Source: Botryllus schlosseri (taxonomy: Eukaryota). Taken from it: a stretch of DNA of 64,000 nucleotides. Position 1 is the stretch's first letter; each line of letters starts with the position of its first letter. Location of the stretch: positions 6,262,001 through 6,326,000 of the forward strand of contig CM119384.1 in assembly GCA_051294905.1 (NCBI GenBank), in the 5' to 3' direction. The position numbers and the translations under genes were made by a program. Below the pieces are notes generated by a model. That model saw only the letters and a program-made list of their open reading frames with translations. It was not told where the DNA came from and made no database searches. Shown here piece after piece: positions 10,791-64,000 of the stretch.

Positions 10791-11295
10791 GTTCAATTGT
10801 TCATGTCTTCTTGCGGGTATAAAACCCAAGCAAACTGGAAAACCAATCCCAATCAACCAAGTTACTCTACCGAGTTTCTTGTACTGAAAGAAAGTGTAAT
10901 GTCCCCTAACCTCAGTTTCCTCGTCAATTAAGACGCAGTCGATGTGCATTCGTATTCACTATTCATGCATTGATATAAGTTTCGGTGCATGTAATTTAGT
11001 CACAAAGCATTGTATTTCTATGCATTGTCGGTACCGGTTTGAGTACTTCCTCACACTAATCTTGATTGTACTGACTGGCAGCCTATGTTCCTGGTCTGTA
11101 AAGCTTGCGTTGTCTCGCTCTGAGTGGTGCTCTCTAAAAAGAAAAATCAGGGATTTTACGGCTGATTTTTTATCTGAAAATTGTTTTATTTATGAAAAAG
11201 CTGTGATATGTGATTAATGTTCTCAACAACATACAATTTTGATGCATTTTGATAGCTTAGTTATCTTTCTAATTTACTATAATTTATCCCGTGGC

Positions 11296-14001
11296 ATGCT
11301 GAGAAACACGATGAGTGGCGGAAGCATGGCGGGCCAGTCGCATCAAAACATTTCGGAAATGATCAAGTTGTTGGAATCCAGTAGCATCAGCGTCACGGAA
11401 CAAACATGCACTCTGGTACGAGACAGCCTGTCCTCTAACGCTGACCCTTTACTTGTGAACGAACTGGTCGACCATTATATGACGTCTGGAAGTGCGGTAA
11501 TACGGACACTGCTGGTTGGTGTACGCTCACCACATTTTAAGCACTTTCTCGTAAAACTCGACGAGTATTTACAAAAGCCAATGACGCGGTACGCTGCGTT
11601 GAACCTCATGGGACACGTGGTGCGAAAAGACCCGTCTTGGCTTCATCAGATTGTACAATCGCGCGCTTTCACCACTGTCATCAAATGCCTCCAGCTGGAC
11701 AATGACATAACCGTCTTGACCATCGCGATGTACGTTGTCGCGACACTGCTCCCAAAAGTGCCCACACAAGTCGCCCCTAACCTGAACCACTTGTTTGGGA
11801 TATTCATAAGGCTCGTGTCGTGGAGGACAATCCGCGGCGTAGACGCAAGCGAGATGAACCTCGGACATTTCCAAGCGGCGCTATTTTCCTTCTTCCTCTC
11901 AATCTACGGCATGTATCCGTGCAGTTTGATCGAATGTCTTCAGAACTACTACTGCCGGAAGAAACTGTCAGACGCTAAACCTGCCGGGACTCCCACGATA
12001 AAGTACGCAACTTCTCCTGGCGAAGAGCAAGTGCTCATGGAGAGAAGGAGATACGATATTTTCAAAACGAGCATTGTGCCGCTGTTGCGTAAAGTCCGTC
12101 TAAACCCGTACATGATCATGTATTCCAAAGATAACGAAACGACTAGCGATAAATGGCGCAAGATGGAGCCGCATGATATTGTGACGGATATTTCGCAAGT
12201 GTTCATCGGGGAGAAGGATTACGCACGCGGCGATAACTCGAGCAGAAGCAACACGCAAACCACTACCACCCCGGACGAAACCAATGGAGAACAAAGGCAG
12301 ATCATGACCGACTCCTGTGATGAAGCAGTTTGGAGTCCGTCGATGGTTATAGGCTTGTCGACACCACCTTCTTCAAGAGGTATGTCTCCGACACGCGAAA
12401 TGGCCGACGAGTTTAAATCTAGCAGCGAGAAATCCCGTAAGCCACGTCCGAACGTCCTCAATCTGTCTTTCGCATCTGCGAAAACCTCAAATACGTCAAC
12501 GCCGTGTACGCCAACCATGCCGAGTCAGTTGTTTGATTTTGAAAAGAGTGACAGCGACAATGAATCTATCATATCTGCCCAGTCCAGCGCGTTGACAACG
12601 CCCAAAGAAATAGGCGCAAAATTTCAATTCAATCCGCCACAAATCCAGTCGGCAAAAACTGACAACTTCATACCTGATTTTTCCCCTGCTCTCCAACCCA
12701 TCGCCGATGACACTCGAGACCAAGAAAGTCAAAGCTGTAAAACGTCCGACGCGTTATTCATTGAGACAGACAAGCCGGCTGTGCAAAATCTCCTCAACGT
12801 GTCGCGTGGCGATAAGGCGGAAAGCAAAAAAGGGGATATCTTAGAGAACGAACTGCGGCTTAGCATCCAAGCCGGCGCGACAATATCAGACGTTGACTGG
12901 CAGCATTTTGGACGCGGGCCTTTAGGTGAAAAGGAATCGAAACGTCTTCTTTCCGGGTACCTGCAATTACAGTGCGCTTTGCTGTTTGAGAAGCATTGTA
13001 GACAGCAGCACGCCACTAAAGCCAGACGGCTTATGCGTAAAATCTACGAGTCTTCGGCGTTGTCGAAAAGGAATGAGATGTTGATGGAAATTTTGGCGGA
13101 GAAGGACGCCGAAATCTGTAAATTACAGGCTTCGGCGGAATCGCTTCGCGCCGACAAGCTGGCATCGGAAGCCAGGCACCGCAGCGCCGCTGAAGTTTTA
13201 AAACATGACTCTTCGAGGAATGCGGCGCTCTTGAAAACGGCTCGCGAAGACATCGAAAAGTTGCAGCGAGAGAAAATTCGTGACGAGGCGCGCATCGCGG
13301 AGCTGACAAGCGAAAGGAAGGAAATGAACTCGCGACTGATCAAAGCAGACCTTCGGCTCGAGCACGAGACTCGCAACAAGGAGACCAACGAGGCGCTGAA
13401 AGCGCAGGTTTTCAAGCTGCAGAAAGATCTTTTGCTCGCCGAGGAGCTGAACGCCAAAGTCGAGGTGATGTGTGAAAATGACAGCCGGTTCCGAAATGCC
13501 AAAGCCAACGAGTATGAGAGGCTAATACGCTCGTACCAAAAAGAAAACGCCACGATCAAGGAGCAGCTGCAGACAGCGTCGCGGGCTCGCGATTTGGCAT
13601 CTTTGAAAGTCGGGGACACGGCTAGAATGTTGAAATTGAAGGACTCTCTGTTGGAGGAGCAGAAAAAGTATCTGGAAAACGTAAAGTCCCTGGCGAGAAG
13701 TCAGATACAAGCGATACAAAGCAAATACCAGTCACAAAAGAGCGTTGTGTCACAGATGGAGATTCAAATCATGGACTTGTTCGCAAAGGTGACCGCTCTC
13801 GAAGGTGGTGGTGATTCGGCGTCCTATTCTGATTCAGGGCAGCCCATACAAAAGACGTTACGTATCTCGCAAAACGTTGATGAACTCGCTTTGAGCGCCT
13901 GTCCGGAACTGAGTCCGCCTCTTCAGATGGGAGTTTCTCCGCGAACCAACGTCGCGACTCTGGAGTTGGAGGCTTCCACGATATCCGACCGAAACAACTG
14001 A
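11296..14001 (+). CDS. TSC1: Hamartin (TSC complex subunit 1), single coding exon, ~890-900 aa
   Basis: N-terminal hamartin domain (LVNELVDHY, LMGHVVRKDPSWLH, LFGIFIRLVSW, IYGMYPCS, KWRKMEPHDIV), the conserved VWSPSMVIGLSTPP, QCALLFEKHCRQQHA, and a long C-terminal coiled coil. Start is 11296, 11311 or 11326; the last aligns best with vertebrate MAQQ-type starts. Confidence 0.95.
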   Translation: MLRNTMSGGSMAGQSHQNISEMIKLLESSSISVTEQTCTLVRDSLSSNADPLLVNELVDHYMTSGSAVIRTLLVGVRSPHFKHFLVKLDEYLQKPMTRYAALNLMGHVVRKDPSWLHQIVQSRAFTTVIKCLQLDNDITVLTIAMYVVATLLPKVPTQVAPNLNHLFGIFIRLVSWRTIRGVDASEMNLGHFQAALFSFFLSIYGMYPCSLIECLQNYYCRKKLSDAKPAGTPTIKYATSPGEEQVLMERRRYDIFKTSIVPLLRKVRLNPYMIMYSKDNETTSDKWRKMEPHDIVTDISQVFIGEKDYARGDNSSRSNTQTTTTPDETNGEQRQIMTDSCDEAVWSPSMVIGLSTPPSSRGMSPTREMADEFKSSSEKSRKPRPNVLNLSFASAKTSNTSTPCTPTMPSQLFDFEKSDSDNESIISAQSSALTTPKEIGAKFQFNPPQIQSAKTDNFIPDFSPALQPIADDTRDQESQSCKTSDALFIETDKPAVQNLLNVSRGDKAESKKGDILENELRLSIQAGATISDVDWQHFGRGPLGEKESKRLLSGYLQLQCALLFEKHCRQQHATKARRLMRKIYESSALSKRNEMLMEILAEKDAEICKLQASAESLRADKLASEARHRSAAEVLKHDSSRNAALLKTAREDIEKLQREKIRDEARIAELTSERKEMNSRLIKADLRLEHETRNKETNEALKAQVFKLQKDLLLAEELNAKVEVMCENDSRFRNAKANEYERLIRSYQKENATIKEQLQTASRARDLASLKVGDTARMLKLKDSLLEEQKKYLENVKSLARSQIQAIQSKYQSQKSVVSQMEIQIMDLFAKVTALEGGGDSASYSDSGQPIQKTLRISQNVDELALSACPELSPPLQMGVSPRTNVATLELEASTISDRNN

Positions 14002-14098
14002 AACACTGGTGACTGCGCGCTTGAAACTAGCCTCGTATATTGCGTAAATTTTTCTCTTCGAATCGTGATTTTCTGATGCTTTCTCGTGTTTATGATGC

Positions 14099-14104
14099 AA
14101 TAAA
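14099..14104 (+). other. Candidate polyadenylation signal for TSC1
   Basis: AATAAA 98 nt after the stop codon. Confidence 0.55.
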
Positions 14105-14207
14105 GAAGTCGATGTGAAGATGCTTCCGTTACATTCAATCTGGAAAGAGTAGTTTTGGTAGACATCGTCTGTTTTACCTTGTCCCAGAAGAAGGAACCTG
14201 TGCTTGC

Positions 14208-14400
14208 CAGAGGTGGTCAGTAAGGAAGTACTTCTACTTTTTTGAAGTACTCAAGTAGCTTTCCTCTACTTCTGGTACTTACTCGAGTAGATCTGATTTT
14301 CGCTACTTCTACTTCGTAATATTTTGTGATCTACTTAGTTTTCGCTATTTTCAGTTAGTCAAGTATAAGTAGTTCAATCTTCCAATCAGGAAGATAGCCT
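14208..14400. mobile_element. Left end of a CAGAGGTGGTC-terminated, TACTT/GAGTA-rich MITE family
   Basis: CAGAGGTGGTCAGTAAGGAAGTACTTCTAC...GAAGTACTCAAGTAG. Related pieces lie at about 17955-18075, 28445-28770, 31860-32020, 42540-43565, 51825-52773 and 62738-62848. Confidence 0.6.
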
Positions 14401-15566
14401 GAGGAATTTCGGGGCTGTTTTTACGGAGTATCAACATTTAATTTTCATAAAAGTTTAGTAAAGCCCAGAATTTTCGTCGCGCGCAGTGAATACGGAGTGA
14501 CCAGTATGGTTTCACGAAAGTATGGGTGAATATAATTTAGGTACAGGGTTGGCGCGGTTCCGTTCACACCACATTGTCGCCTTTCACCCGTATGAAATAA
14601 TTCATCACTGTATATATGCCTCATCATAACGTTTGAAACTGATGTTTCGCAATCTAGCATTTACTTGTCATCGTAATCTAGGAGGTCCATGGCGTGTCCT
14701 AATCTGCAAAAGTGGACTCTGACTTTTTTTAGTTTTAGAGCTGTGTTAGCATACCACCTTTGAAACTTTCTGGACTAAAACATGAAATACATGTTCTGCT
14801 TTTAGAAGTAGTATTTATATTTCACTTTCAATTCCCAGTATCATATACTTTTAGTTATAATTAATATTAGTTCTTTTGTCTGGATAACATACATGTTGAA
14901 GTATAAAAGAAAGTGTAGTAGGCTAATGCCTTTAATTTCTGGAATTAAAGCTACACAACATGGCATTTTTACGGTCCACCATATTTTTTATTTACGTTTA
15001 CTAATGGCGCAAAAGGCAATAGGGGGGGGGGGCGATGACGCGTTAAAACGGCTATATTGGAGTCAAGTCGGCGAATTGACCTTTTTTTTAGTGAACCCAC
15101 GAAAATTTAGTTGAAAAAGTGTAATATTCGACATCAAGCCGAGAAGTTGACTTTTTTCTTTTTAGTCAACCCACCTGTGATTACAGTTTATATATATATT
15201 TTTCGGTTCACAAAATTTGGGGGGCGATCATCGGTGTTGAGCTTGAAAAGGGGGCGATGAGTCGAAAAAGGTTTTCACTTGTGCCTGAGTCAGTCACTAC
15301 ACACTACAGCCCACAAGACTCGGCGATTTTAACCAAACTTCAGAATAGCTTTTTCGTATCTTTGTTTCCTGGTGACCACGCTCTTAGCTATTTTAAAAGG
15401 CTGATGTGACTACTAGCTCTAGTGGCCTCAAGTTCATTTGGCCATAGAAATTAGCGGGAACCGGCAGCTCATCTCTGATAGCGTTTTGTCGAGATATCCG
15501 TTACACAGACTCATGCATAGCGTCCTAAGCCAATTCGACATCTCATATCTCTAAGGCGTTTCAAAC

Positions 15567-15631
15567 TTTATTCAGTCTGAGATTCCTTTTTCTCTTACAT
15601 ATTGAACACACATACATCATTGAAGTTTATT
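15567..15631 (-). other. Two candidate polyadenylation signals for the giant minus-strand gene
   Basis: TTTATT (AATAAA on the minus strand) at 15626-15631 and 15567-15572, 80-140 nt past the TGA at 15711-15713. Confidence 0.55.
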
Positions 15632-15710
15632 AAGTTTTGCATTACAGCTGTGCAGTCAGTTAGTTGACCAACACTTAGTGTTGGACGTTCGAAAATTTAA
15701 CCTAGTAAGC

Positions 15711-63224
<47,514 letters not shown>

Positions 63225-63590
63225 CTGAAAACGATTCCAATGCTTTGCATGACTTTGTAACACGTAACTACCACAATACAATACAGTTGCTTTATACGAT
63301 GGTCAAATGTGTGGTGTGATGATGAATGATTTACCCAGTTCTTATTGCACAGAATTAATGTTCATCCAAACAACATTTTTCCATCAGATCTTTTATATCA
63401 ACTCTAGTCAGGAAGCATCGTGAACATAAACGATTTGTCCACGATCTTTGAATTACTCCACAGCTATTGTATGAACTATAATAATGGCTACCATAGCAAA
63501 TGAATAATATAATCATATTAAAATACACTCGAATATTTTCGGCCAGTACCAGCAGAGAATTCAAGATAACTTTATATATCAATAGTCTTA

Positions 63591-63747
63591 TCACCAAATA
63601 TGACATCACCGGCATAAAAATTTCCGCCAACCTAACGTGTGCGAACACAAGGAATTTGTGTAAAATCCAAAAATAGTACGCTGAGCATAAGCCATCTGTT
63701 TTCCTCAATTAGCCGTTTTTTTATGCCGGTGACATCATATTTGGTGA
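63591..63747. mobile_element. 157-bp Tc1/mariner-type MITE with TA flanks
   Basis: 30-bp TIR TCACCAAATATGACATCACCGGCATAAAAA with 2 mismatches to the right arm. TA at 63589-63590 and 63748-63749. Confidence 0.75.
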
Positions 63748-64000
63748 TACGTCTTTAATGTACTTTGCATATTGTACTAATAGCGGCTGAGGATTAACTC
63801 TAACGAGTGTCAGATAAAAATAGTCAGGTTTATTTCAATATAAATATATCATTCAATTGTACATTGAAGTTTCAGTACCTCCAAGAGCTTCTTCACATAA
63901 ATATTTAGGATACTTCTTGTCATTCGAAAATCTTTCACGAATACATGTTATAGAGATTAATATCTCATCATGTACTCTAGTTACAAACCATGAATCATCT

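Noticed and set aside
4001-14001. PACSIN-OGG1-TSC1 as a polycistronic operon
   Set aside because: Spacers are ~3.6 kb and ~1.4 kb and contain repeats, unlike the near-zero spacing of tunicate operons. Co-orientation alone is insufficient.
15001-15290. GGGGGCGAT-rich segment ending AAAAAGGTT, resembling a Charlie-type right end
   Set aside because: No recognisable TIR pair or TSD, so it is too decayed to delimit.

Overview
Eukaryotic, AT-rich, compact-intron animal DNA. The vertebrate-like protein sequences and many 60-75 bp introns suggest an invertebrate deuterostome such as a tunicate; this is inference only. The left quarter holds three co-oriented genes whose CDSs each lie in one exon: PACSIN/syndapin (4001-5308), OGG1 (8886-9896) and TSC1/hamartin (about 11296-14001). 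The remaining ~48 kb is one convergent minus-strand gene whose 5' end lies beyond the window. I traced 77 GT-AG exons by hand (about 17.4 kb CDS, about 5,800 aa, frame conserved throughout). In protein order it has arrays of single-EGF exons with five thyroglobulin type-1 domains, an EGF/TIL block, VWD(GDPH)-C8-TIL, a duplicate EGF/TIL block, and EGF/sushi exons. These are followed by one 6,147-bp exon with 31 strictly alternating EGF-like domains and QPG tracts, then five sushi exons and a stop. No transmembrane segment is visible, so it looks like a giant secreted matrix, mucus or adhesive-type protein. Introns and intergenic DNA hold many non-autonomous hAT-type elements with 8-bp TSDs (several nested), a foldback element, a palindromic MITE with a provable empty site, a tRNA-derived SINE, a decayed LINE-like fragment, and a 3-copy repeat with a degenerate hammerhead-like fold. 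No CRISPR, rRNA, intact tRNA or intact transposase was found.
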